Below are positions 36,751 to 45,100 of a stretch of 64,000 bases of DNA, in pieces; the stretch's first letter is position 1, and each line of letters begins with the position of its first letter. The notes under the pieces were generated by a model. That model ran no database searches and was not told the origin of the DNA. It was given only the letters and a program-made list of their open reading frames with translations. The DNA is taken from contig JAFMHL010000001.1 in assembly GCA_017854535.1 (NCBI GenBank), positions 27,365 to 91,364 of the forward strand. Direction: 5' to 3'. Made by a program: the position numbers and the translations under genes. Origin of the DNA: Nitratireductor sp. GTDB taxonomy: Bacteria; Pseudomonadota; Alphaproteobacteria; Rhizobiales; Rhizobiaceae.

Positions 36751-38000
36751 TGCTTAGTGTTTCCAATATTTCAGTGGTTTACGGGGCTCATAGGGCGCTT
36801 GAGAAAGCTTCGATTCAAGTCGATGCAGGTGAAATCGTTGTTATCCTTGGTGCCAATGGTGCTGGGAAAAGTTCGCTTTTGAAGGCGATCTCTGGAACGT
36901 GCGAAGGAAAAGTACAAGGCAAGGTTGAGCTGGATGGTAAATCTCTGTCTGGCCTTCCTGCAGAAATCATTGTTGTAAAGGGGGTGGCTTTTGTTCCTGA
37001 GGGGCGAGGTATTTTCGGCGATTTGACCGTTAAAGAAAATCTGTTGCTCGGCGCTCATGCAAAGGAAGCGCGAAACCATCAAGAAACAAACCTGTCCCGC
37101 GTTTATGAGCTATTCCCCAAGCTCCAAGAGCGGGAGAAGCAGATTGCCAGAACGATGTCTGGTGGTGAGCAGCAAATGGTAGCCATTGGACGTGCTATTA
37201 TGGCCAACCCAAAAATTCTAATGCTGGATGAACCTTCGCTTGGATTATCACCATTGCTTTGCAAGGAATTGTTTCAAAACCTTGCTCATGTTCGCGATAC
37301 AGGCATCGGCGTCTTGATGGTTGAACAGAACGCTAAACAATCCCTCGCTATCTCTGATCGTGCATATCTTTTGGAAAATGGATCTATCACTGGTGAGAAT
37401 TTTGCCAAGGCTATGATGAATGATCCGGCAGTTCAGGCAGCTTATCTGGGTGGAGCGAAATCAACTGGCGCTCCTGAAAAGCAAAAAGTAAGTTTGCCAA
37501 GTGAAGCAGTGCGCGATGCTCAAGCAATAGCCATTCCCGATATTGCCACCATGCCATCTCATAAATTTATCCAGCCCTCTGCGTCTAGAAATGGCTCATC
37601 AATTGTTGGGAATGTTTCTGGCATGGATATTGCCTCGATGGTCAGCAAGGCAGATGCTGTTTCCAAAATTGCCAATGATGGAATACCCTATAGTGCCGAC
37701 AAAAAAACACCAGGCGCGACACAAGCGCGATCGAGTGCAATGGCTATGATTTCCAAAACGCCAAGCCTTCTTTCGTCGAATGATCCGGAGGTCAGAGACT
37801 TGCTTGCGAGTTTTGAAAATGCGGCATCCAGTGTGCGAACGCCTACAAATGAAAGTTCTCACAGGGCGCAAGCCGGGATGCAAAAAGAAGTAGAAAGTGC
37901 TGGTGAAATTTTACCCGAAATACCGGTCTATAGACGTTCAAAGCTCGAAGTATACCGACGAACGCCTGATGGCGAATTGGTGAAAGTGGAGATTAGATGA
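36750..38000 (+). CDS. ABC transporter ATP-binding protein (LivF family) with a ~175-aa low-complexity C-terminal extension
   Basis: Residues 1-~238 form a complete LivF-type NBD (GANGAGKSS, MSGGEQQM, LMLDEPSLGL, ...AAYLGG). The frame then stays open for ~175 more codons that are Ser/Ala-rich, ending ...IPVYRRSKLEVYRRTPDGELVKVEIR. Confidence 0.8.
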   Translation: MLSVSNISVVYGAHRALEKASIQVDAGEIVVILGANGAGKSSLLKAISGTCEGKVQGKVELDGKSLSGLPAEIIVVKGVAFVPEGRGIFGDLTVKENLLLGAHAKEARNHQETNLSRVYELFPKLQEREKQIARTMSGGEQQMVAIGRAIMANPKILMLDEPSLGLSPLLCKELFQNLAHVRDTGIGVLMVEQNAKQSLAISDRAYLLENGSITGENFAKAMMNDPAVQAAYLGGAKSTGAPEKQKVSLPSEAVRDAQAIAIPDIATMPSHKFIQPSASRNGSSIVGNVSGMDIASMVSKADAVSKIANDGIPYSADKKTPGATQARSSAMAMISKTPSLLSSNDPEVRDLLASFENAASSVRTPTNESSHRAQAGMQKEVESAGEILPEIPVYRRSKLEVYRRTPDGELVKVEIR

Positions 38001-38001
38001 A

Positions 38002-39465
38002 ATGACTTATTTTACACCTAATGGGTTTTATTCTGGTGGCCAATGGCGACGTGCCTCGAGAAAATTCAGTGATCTAAATCCAGCAGACGGTTCTATTTGG
38101 GCGGAAATAGACGATGCAGATTTGAGCGATGCAAAAAGTGCCATCGCCAGCGCCCAGGCTGCTTTTCCAGCTTGGGCAGCGTTACCGTTCACGGACCGCG
38201 TCGATTATATGCTTAAATTTGCTGCTGAGATTGAACGTCGGCGCGATGACCTTATCAAAGCGGTGCAAGGCGAGGGTGGCGGTTGGTTCGGCAAAGGCAT
38301 CCATGAAGCCAATGCCCTGCAAGAAATTTGCAAAGCAGCTGCTGGTGCTGCCTATGGCAATATTGGAGAGATTCTTCCCTCTGCAAGCGGAAAAATGTCA
38401 TTCGCCATGCGCCGTCCAATGGGTGTTATATCCGTTATCAGTCCCTGGAATGTTCCAGCACTTTTGTCTGCACGCCAATTCGCGTTTCCATTGGTTGCTG
38501 GCAATACGATTGTTCTAAAACCTTCCGAAGAAACACCTTATTGTGGTGGCCTTTTCTTTGCTGAAATCTGCGATGCCATAGGACTGCCTGCAGGCGTTTT
38601 TAATGTTGTTACATGCTCCCGGGACAATGTGATGGCAGTTGGAGATGAGCTGATAGAAAACCCAGCGGTTAAAGGGATTTGCTTTACAGGGTCTACTGCC
38701 GTTGGTCGCACGATTGCTGCCAAAGCGGGCGCGCATTTAAAAAAATGCTGTATAGAACTCGGCGGCAAAGATGCCTTGATTGTTTGCGATGATGCGGATC
38801 TCGACAGAGCGGCGCAGCTCGCGAATTTTGGATCCTTTATGCACCAAGGCCAGATTTGCATGAGCGTGGAAAAACTTTTGGTTCATGAAAAAATTTATGA
38901 GCCATTCATGAAAAAGTTTATTGCCAGGGCAGCGAAACTTAAAGTCGGCGATCCACTCAAAAGTAATGACAATGTCATCGGTCCTTTGATCAATGACAAA
39001 CAGGTAAACATTGTCAGAGAGCAGCTAGAAGACGCTGTTGCAAAAGGTGCGAGGATAGAACTAGGTGGTAAAATTAATGGCCGCTATGTTGAACCCACGA
39101 TCCTGACTGGAATCACGCCCGATATGCTTGTCTATCAAAACGAAACTTTTGGACCAGTGGCTCCCGTGATCCCCTTTAGAACTGATGCTGAGGCCATCGC
39201 CATCGCGAATGATACTCCTTATGGATTGTCATCAGGGGTCTGCACAACTAATGAACAAAGAGGGTTGAGCATTGCCGAGGGTTTGCAGACAGGGATGTCA
39301 CACATAAATTGCTCCCCTGTAAATGATGAGCCGAATGCGCCATTTGGCGGTGCCAAATCTTCAGGGGTAGGGCGCTACGGCGGACGTTGGGGTATGGAGA
39401 ATTTTACTGAAACACGTTGGATAACAGTTGAGCGGGGCGGTAAAAAAATTCCGCCTGCGTTCTAG
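38002..39465 (+). CDS. NAD(P)-dependent aldehyde dehydrogenase (aromatic-aldehyde / vanillin-benzaldehyde dehydrogenase-like)
   Basis: 487 aa. VISPWNVP, ELGGKDA, GQICMSVE (catalytic Cys) and ETFGPV. Starts 1 nt after the LivF stop. Confidence 0.8.
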   Translation: MTYFTPNGFYSGGQWRRASRKFSDLNPADGSIWAEIDDADLSDAKSAIASAQAAFPAWAALPFTDRVDYMLKFAAEIERRRDDLIKAVQGEGGGWFGKGIHEANALQEICKAAAGAAYGNIGEILPSASGKMSFAMRRPMGVISVISPWNVPALLSARQFAFPLVAGNTIVLKPSEETPYCGGLFFAEICDAIGLPAGVFNVVTCSRDNVMAVGDELIENPAVKGICFTGSTAVGRTIAAKAGAHLKKCCIELGGKDALIVCDDADLDRAAQLANFGSFMHQGQICMSVEKLLVHEKIYEPFMKKFIARAAKLKVGDPLKSNDNVIGPLINDKQVNIVREQLEDAVAKGARIELGGKINGRYVEPTILTGITPDMLVYQNETFGPVAPVIPFRTDAEAIAIANDTPYGLSSGVCTTNEQRGLSIAEGLQTGMSHINCSPVNDEPNAPFGGAKSSGVGRYGGRWGMENFTETRWITVERGGKKIPPAF

Positions 39466-39474
39466 GAGGACGAT

Positions 39475-40299
39475 ATGTCAGATCAATCCTGGACCAATGG
39501 TAAATTGTTGGATGGCAAGACAATTGTTGTCACCGGTTGCTCCTCGGGCATCGGCAAGGAGATCGCTCGTCTGGTCAAAAAACTGGGTGGAGATGTTCTT
39601 GGTGTCGATGTCAATAAAAGCGATGAATATGTCGACGAATTGTATATCGCTGACTTGTCTGATCGCCGCACGATAAAAGCACTGGTGCAAGCCTTGCCAA
39701 CACGCATTGATGGAATCGCCAATAGTGCCGGGCTTCCTCCTACAGCACCAGCCAATAAAGTTATCGGTGTGAACTTGGTAGGGCTTAAATATTTTACGGA
39801 ATTGATGATACCCAAACTCAATGATGGGGCATCAATTGTGAATGTTGCATCATTGGCCGGGTTTGGATGGCCTCAAGCTATCCCAGCCATAAAAGCGAGC
39901 GAGAGCCTTGGGTTTGAAGATATTGATGACTTCATAACCAAGTATGGTGTCACAAATGATGGGGGGCGTAGCTATTTCTTCTCTAAAGAAGCGCTAATCG
40001 TTTGGACAATGAAAAATAGATGGACCTGGCGAGATCGCAATATTCGTATGAACTCGGTATCACCTGGTCCTGTAGATACCCCTATCTTGAAAGATTTTTT
40101 GGAAACGCTAGGCGACAGAGCCGATGAGGATCGCAAAGTCATGGATAGGCCTGGTCTTCCTGAAGATATTGCCCCTGTCGTTATCTTCCTTTTGTCTGAT
40201 ATGACCCATTGGATTAGAGGCACAAATATACCAACCGATGGCGGCATGTCATCCCATCTGCACTGTAAAATTCATATGCTTGAGGAGACGAAACAATGA
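39475..40299 (+). CDS. SDR, coniferyl-alcohol-dehydrogenase (CalA)-like subfamily
   Basis: 274 aa. VTGCSSGIGKE, IDGIANSAGLPP, YFFSKEALIVW and SPGPVDTPIL mirror the atypical CalA-type SDR layout as I remember it. Confidence 0.65.
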   Translation: MSDQSWTNGKLLDGKTIVVTGCSSGIGKEIARLVKKLGGDVLGVDVNKSDEYVDELYIADLSDRRTIKALVQALPTRIDGIANSAGLPPTAPANKVIGVNLVGLKYFTELMIPKLNDGASIVNVASLAGFGWPQAIPAIKASESLGFEDIDDFITKYGVTNDGGRSYFFSKEALIVWTMKNRWTWRDRNIRMNSVSPGPVDTPILKDFLETLGDRADEDRKVMDRPGLPEDIAPVVIFLLSDMTHWIRGTNIPTDGGMSSHLHCKIHMLEETKQ

Positions 40300-41906
40300 G
40301 TGGTATTATCACCTCCCTCATTATTGCAATTATAGTCATTGCAGTTCTTGTGGTTTTGGCAGCCTATTTCAACCAACGATCCAGTCGTGAAGTCAGCTTG
40401 ATACGAACTGGACTTGGTGGGCGAAAAGTTGCGCTGGATGGAAGTCTTTTGGCCATTCCATATTTTCACGATGTATCCCGCGTAAACATGCAGACACTGC
40501 GTCTTGAGGTTCGCAGAATTGGTGAAAGTTCGCTTATCACCAAAGACCGTTTGCGCGTTGATGTGGGGGCAGAGTTTTATGTCTCGGTTGATCCGACCGA
40601 AGAAGCCGTTGATCGTGCGTCACAAACTTTGGGTGATCGAACATTTGACGCTAATCGTTTGCGCGAACTGATTGAAGGTAAATTGGTGGATGCCTTGCGT
40701 TCAGTCGCAGCGCGTATGACCATGGATGAGTTGCATGAAAAACGGGCAGAATTTGTTGCAGAAGTAGGTGAACTTCTAAATACACCTCTTATGCGGAATG
40801 GCTTGGCATTGGAAAGTGTATCTCTTTCTGCTTTAGATCAAACGCCGTTTTCAGCACTGGATGAAAACAATGCCTTTAATGCTGTTGGTATGCGCAAACT
40901 TGCTGAAGTGATTGCGAAATCCAAGAAAGAACGCGCAGAAATTGATGCTGATGCGGAAGTTTCAGTGCACCGTTCGTCAATGGAAGCCTCGAAGCGTAAG
41001 CTCGAAATTGACCTCGAACAAGAAGAGGCACAGATACGCCAGACACAAGCAGTCGAGAGTTTGCGTGCTGCCCAATTGGCAGAAGTTGCCGCTCGTAAAG
41101 CAGATAGTGAGCGGTCAATTCATGAGTCTCGGATCAAAATGGAAAGAGATATTCGTTCTGCTGATATCGAACGGGAAAAGACCATTCGTCAGGCTGAAAT
41201 TGACCAGACGAGAGATATCGAGATTGCCGAACAAGATCGTGTCATCGCGATTTCAAAGAAGACACAAGATGAAAGTAAAGCGCGTGCATCTGCTGATTTG
41301 GCAAAAGCGGAAGCTGTATCCGCTGCTGAGGCAATAGGCACGGCCAGGGCAGTTGCAGAAGCGCAACGGAAAAAGCAAATTGCGATCATGCATGCTCAGC
41401 AAGAGTCTGAAGTATCTGCCGAGAAACTGATCGCGGACGCGAAGACTCAAGCAGAAGTTTCAGTCGAAATTGCCAAGCGCACGCTTCAAGACGCGAAAGC
41501 GCAAGCAGAAGCCTCTAAACTGCGCATTGCGACTATGAATGACGAGATGGAGACAAAAGCGAAAGGGCAAAAAGCGCTCAATGAAGCTGAAAATGTCTTT
41601 AGCAAAGAGATGATTGCTCTGAAAGGCGATATTGCAAAATTGGAGGCATTGCCGAAAATTGTTGAGCAGATGGTCAAGCCTGCTGAGAAAATTGAATCCA
41701 TTCGTATCAACCATCTCAGTGGTGGACATTCTGGTGGCGGAAACGGGGGCACAAACTCTAAACCGCCGGTCAATCAGGCTTTGGATTCCATCATGGAGAT
41801 GGCTGTCCAACTTCCTGCTTTGAAAAAAATTGGTGAGGAACTTGGGATTAACATCGAAGAAGGAATGAGCGGTATTTCCAAGTCAAAATCCAAGGGAAAC
41901 AAATAG
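40296..41906 (+). CDS. Flotillin / SPFH (band-7) family membrane protein, YqiK-like
   Basis: 536 aa. N-terminal TM helix, an SPFH domain (TKDRLRVDVGAEFYVSV), a long Ala/Glu/Lys-rich coiled-coil and a Gly-rich tail. The ATG overlaps the SDR stop (ATGA). Confidence 0.8.
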   Translation: MSGIITSLIIAIIVIAVLVVLAAYFNQRSSREVSLIRTGLGGRKVALDGSLLAIPYFHDVSRVNMQTLRLEVRRIGESSLITKDRLRVDVGAEFYVSVDPTEEAVDRASQTLGDRTFDANRLRELIEGKLVDALRSVAARMTMDELHEKRAEFVAEVGELLNTPLMRNGLALESVSLSALDQTPFSALDENNAFNAVGMRKLAEVIAKSKKERAEIDADAEVSVHRSSMEASKRKLEIDLEQEEAQIRQTQAVESLRAAQLAEVAARKADSERSIHESRIKMERDIRSADIEREKTIRQAEIDQTRDIEIAEQDRVIAISKKTQDESKARASADLAKAEAVSAAEAIGTARAVAEAQRKKQIAIMHAQQESEVSAEKLIADAKTQAEVSVEIAKRTLQDAKAQAEASKLRIATMNDEMETKAKGQKALNEAENVFSKEMIALKGDIAKLEALPKIVEQMVKPAEKIESIRINHLSGGHSGGGNGGTNSKPPVNQALDSIMEMAVQLPALKKIGEELGINIEEGMSGISKSKSKGNK

Positions 41907-41924
41907 GTTTTTGTAGATTCAGCT

Positions 41925-42361
41925 AAGACTTCCTTGGATATCTCGATTTTGGACCAACCAAAGGATGTTTGATTTCTTATTGCTGACTCGGATTTGAGTT
42001 CTGTTTAAGCCATCATTGCCAAAGGGCGCTTGGTGTTGTGTGCTCTGGGGAAATTTCAGTTGTTTAGAGGCCCGATTAGGAAGGCAAGATAAAACAAGTG
42101 GTGTCGGGGGAGGCGTAATCGCCAGTATAGCCTTGTCAATTTTAGTGTCATTTAGATTTCCAGGGCGTCGAAAATCTAGTAAGTAATTGATATTTAGTCG
42201 TTATATTGGCTCGTAAAGCCTTCGGTTTAGATTCAGCTTTATTCTGAACTTATTTTATCACCTATCATGATACCCGCTTCAAACTGCCCGTAAAGGCGCT
42301 TTGCCCGCTTTCGCGGCGGGTCTTCAACCCAGCCTTGTCTTGTTTTATAGATTGTTGCCAT
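41925..42361 (-). pseudogene. Possible remnant of a tyrosine-integrase gene (N-terminal region only, frame-disrupted)
   Basis: The minus-strand ATG at 42361 opens a 40-codon ORF (MATIYKTRQGWVEDPPRKRAKRLYGQ...). A different minus frame at about 41940-42120 reads ...LKFPQSTQHQAPFGNDGLNRTQIRVSNKK..., reminiscent of the core-binding/SAM-like domain (P.FG...L..IT). No catalytic domain is present. This is weak, pattern-level evidence only. Confidence 0.35.
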
Positions 42362-42393
42362 GATCCATACAGTCCTTTAAATATGTGCGAAAT

Positions 42394-42453
42394 CCGTACA
42401 ACAGGAGATCAAAAAGGATCCAAACCCGTACAATTCTGTCCATTTCCGTACAA
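42394..42453 (+). repeat. Three direct copies of CCGTACAA (42394, 42426, 42446) between the integrase remnant and the dusA start
   Basis: The copies read aatCCGTACAAca, aacCCGTACAAtt and tttCCGTACAAat, with spacings of 32 and 20 bp. They could be arm-type recombinase sites or promoter elements of the surrogate dusA 5' region. Confidence 0.45.
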
Positions 42454-42479
42454 ATTTGTTCCTGATTTATACCATTGTA

Positions 42480-43502
42480 ATGTATCATAAGAAATTGAAA
42501 AATAAAGATAAAATATTCTCAGTCGCGCCGATGATCGACTGGACGGATCGCAATTGCCGTTTCTTTCATCGGGTACTGACGAAGCATGCGTTGCTGTATA
42601 GTGAGATGATTGTGGCTGATGCGGTTATCCATGGAGATCGCGATAAGCTGTTAGGCGATGACACAACCGGACCTGTAGCATTACAGTTGGGCGGCTCGGA
42701 ACCGCAAAAACTCGGCGACGCGGTTCGGTTTGCCGCGCCTTATAACTATGGGGAAATCAATTTGAATGTTGGCTGTCCGTCAGACCGCGTTCAATCAGGA
42801 ACTTTTGGGGCCTGCTTGATGCGAACTCCAGAATTGGTTGGAGAATGTGTTGCAGCCATGAAAGCGGAAACGGATCTTCCTGTTACTGTGAAATGCCGTA
42901 TTGGGGTGGATGATCAAGATACGGGCCCAGCCCTTAATGATTTGGCGCATGCGGTTTGGAATGCTGGATGTGATGGGCTTTGGGTTCATGGGCGCAAAGC
43001 ATGGCTTGAAGGGCTTAGCCCAAAACAAAACCGGGAAATCCCTCCCTTGGATTATCCAAGAGTGCATCGTCTCAAGCAAGAGAATCCAAGTCATTTCATC
43101 GGTTTAAATGGCGGCATTCAAACTTTGATTCAGGCGAGGGAAGCGCTTACGTCGGATATGGCTGAATTGGATGGGATCATGGTAGGACGAGCCTCCTATC
43201 AGTCACCTTCTATTCTTCGAGAGGTTGACCAGACATTTTATGGCGATGCAGCCGACCCTAAATCATATGAAGAAATCATCGATGTGATGACTGCCTATGC
43301 TGCGCAACATTTGCAAATGGGTGGAAGGCTGCATCAAGTTACCCGCCATATGATTGGGTTATTTCAGGCGGTTCCTGGCGCGCGACGCTGGCGGCAAATA
43401 CTCAGTAGTGAAGCGACCCAGTTTGATGCAGGTGTGGATGTGATTGAGCGAGCCTTCAGCGAAGTTGATCTTACAGGTTCATTATCTGGTGAGGCGGCCT
43501 GA
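42480..43502 (+). CDS. dusA: tRNA-dihydrouridine(20/20a) synthase
   Basis: 340 aa from the ATG at 42480. FSVAPMIDWTDRNCRFFHR, INLNVGCPSDRV and TVKCRIGVD are DusA hallmarks. The track ORF begins at a TTG at 42456. Confidence 0.9.
   Translation: MYHKKLKNKDKIFSVAPMIDWTDRNCRFFHRVLTKHALLYSEMIVADAVIHGDRDKLLGDDTTGPVALQLGGSEPQKLGDAVRFAAPYNYGEINLNVGCPSDRVQSGTFGACLMRTPELVGECVAAMKAETDLPVTVKCRIGVDDQDTGPALNDLAHAVWNAGCDGLWVHGRKAWLEGLSPKQNREIPPLDYPRVHRLKQENPSHFIGLNGGIQTLIQAREALTSDMAELDGIMVGRASYQSPSILREVDQTFYGDAADPKSYEEIIDVMTAYAAQHLQMGGRLHQVTRHMIGLFQAVPGARRWRQILSSEATQFDAGVDVIERAFSEVDLTGSLSGEAA
42520..42546. repeat. 27-bp direct repeat, right copy (inside the dusA 5' coding sequence)
   Basis: Identical to 14558-14584. 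Encodes SVAPMIDWT of DusA. Confidence 0.9.
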
Positions 43503-43590
43503 TTGTAAATTGACGTTTGGTAACGCCCGAGATAAATTGCATGAAATCAAGATACTAAATCAGCCAAAATGGCGGACGGGAACTATTGCA

Positions 43591-44127
43591 ATGTTACGAA
43601 GAGAATTGATCAAAGGTGTGGGCGCGGTATTGTTGGCAGGCGCTGCCCAAACAGCGATTTCCAATCCAGCCTTTGCTGCGAGTAAGAAATTCGTGGTTGA
43701 TAAAAAATATCGGCCTCAGCGTGTCTTATATTCTTCCAAGTACAAAAAAGGCACTATCGTCGTCGATACACGTAAGAGGTTTTTATATCTGGTCGAAAGC
43801 CCTGTTTCTGCACGGCGTTATGGTGTTGGCGTCGGCAGAGATGCGCTTGCATGGTCTGGCACCGCGACAATTGACGTTAAAAAAGAGTGGCCGGGCTGGC
43901 GTCCTACTGATGAGATGATTGCTCGTGAACCGGGCAAATATGCAAAATACAAAAATGGGATGCCTGGCGGACCGAAGAACCCTTTAGGATCGCGAGCTCT
44001 TTATTTGTTCGACAAAGGCTACGATACCTTTTACCGAATTCATGGTACAACGAATCCCAAGTCCATCGGCACCGCCGCTTCAAACGGATGTATTCGTATG
44101 GTCAATGAGCATGTGGAAGATTTGTAA
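43591..44127 (+). CDS. L,D-transpeptidase (YkuD domain)
   Basis: Signal-like N-terminus MLRRELIKGVGAVLLAGAAQTAISNPAFA, and the catalytic motif IHGTTNPKSIGTAASNGCIRM. Confidence 0.8.
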   Translation: MLRRELIKGVGAVLLAGAAQTAISNPAFAASKKFVVDKKYRPQRVLYSSKYKKGTIVVDTRKRFLYLVESPVSARRYGVGVGRDALAWSGTATIDVKKEWPGWRPTDEMIAREPGKYAKYKNGMPGGPKNPLGSRALYLFDKGYDTFYRIHGTTNPKSIGTAASNGCIRMVNEHVEDL

Positions 44128-44248
44128 AAGCGGGTTCCACTTGGCACGAAGGTTGTCGTGTTATAAATGAAGTTTACCTGCTTTTGCCGTTAGCCTTGAC
44201 GCAACGCATTGTGAGGCATAAGCGGTTGGCACTTATTTAATTGCGAAA

Positions 44249-45085
44249 GTGCCAATCGTGGAATTTCTGCCGCCTCTCAACGAGCTTTATCCTTTTATTC
44301 TTGCTTTGATTGTAGCGGGGATTGTTGCCGGTTTTTTGGCGGGTTTATTCGGGATTGGCGGTGGGGCAATTCTCGTTCCGGTGTTTTACCAAATGTTGGG
44401 CGCGCTTGGGTTTTCAGAAGCCCATAATATGCATGTCGCAGTCGGCACTTCACTTGCGATAATTGTCCCAACATCTATTCAAAGCTTCAGGAAGCATCAT
44501 GCGCGCGGTGCGGTAGACATGGACTTGCTACGATCGTTTATGTTCGTTGTGCCGTTGGGCGTTGTTTGTGCGGCTTTGGTAACGGCATATATCTCTGGAG
44601 CAGGCCTACGGGGTATCTTTGCCTTGGTTGCCTTATTGATCGCTATTCGGCTTTTGTTTGCAAAAGATGGATGGAAGCTTGGCAATGACATTCCAACGGG
44701 TTGGATACGACGTTTTACTGGCTGGCTGATCGGTTTCTTATCCACTTTTATGGGTATTGGTGGCGGAGTGATGAACAATACGTTCATGACCGTATTTGGC
44801 AGGCCTATGCACCAAGCTGTTGCCACCAGTGCTGGCACTGGCATTTTGATTTCAATTCCCGGCGTCATCGGCTATGTATGGGCAGGATGGGGAATTGAAA
44901 ATCTCCCGCCGTTTTCGATCGGATTTGTTAACCTGCTAACCTTTGCCATGATGATACCCATCACAATGTTCATGGCACCCTTTGGCGTGAAGGCAGCGCA
45001 TATTTTGACCAAACGACAATTGGAAATCGGTTTCGGTATCTTTTTGCTGATTGTATCGATCAGGTTTTTTGTCAGTGTTTTGTGA
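44249..45085 (+). CDS. TauE/SafE-family (DUF81) anion permease (second copy, outside the island)
   Basis: 278 aa, about 8 TM helices, with two GxGGG repeats (GLFGIGGGAILVP and FMGIGGGVM). The GTG start is uncertain. Confidence 0.7.
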   Translation: MPIVEFLPPLNELYPFILALIVAGIVAGFLAGLFGIGGGAILVPVFYQMLGALGFSEAHNMHVAVGTSLAIIVPTSIQSFRKHHARGAVDMDLLRSFMFVVPLGVVCAALVTAYISGAGLRGIFALVALLIAIRLLFAKDGWKLGNDIPTGWIRRFTGWLIGFLSTFMGIGGGVMNNTFMTVFGRPMHQAVATSAGTGILISIPGVIGYVWAGWGIENLPPFSIGFVNLLTFAMMIPITMFMAPFGVKAAHILTKRQLEIGFGIFLLIVSIRFFVSVL

Positions 45086-45100
45086 GAGTTTTTCAGAGTT

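Larger units (their letters stand above)
14558..42546. mobile_element. Putative immobilised dusA-integrated genomic island (~28 kb) with catabolic and transport cargo
   Basis: Bounded by the perfect 27-bp direct repeat taken from the dusA 5' coding region. There is a dusA stub at the left junction, an intact dusA at the right junction, and an integrase-like remnant just inside the right junction. No intact recombinase, phage or conjugation genes are present. Confidence 0.55.

Noticed and set aside
41914-42238. 11-bp direct repeat TAGATTCAGCT at 41914-41924 and 42228-42238, flanking the most degraded part of the integrase-like region
   Set aside because: It could mark a deletion or insertion scar. 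However, an 11-mer pair cannot be distinguished from chance without a genome-wide count, and there is no supporting structure.
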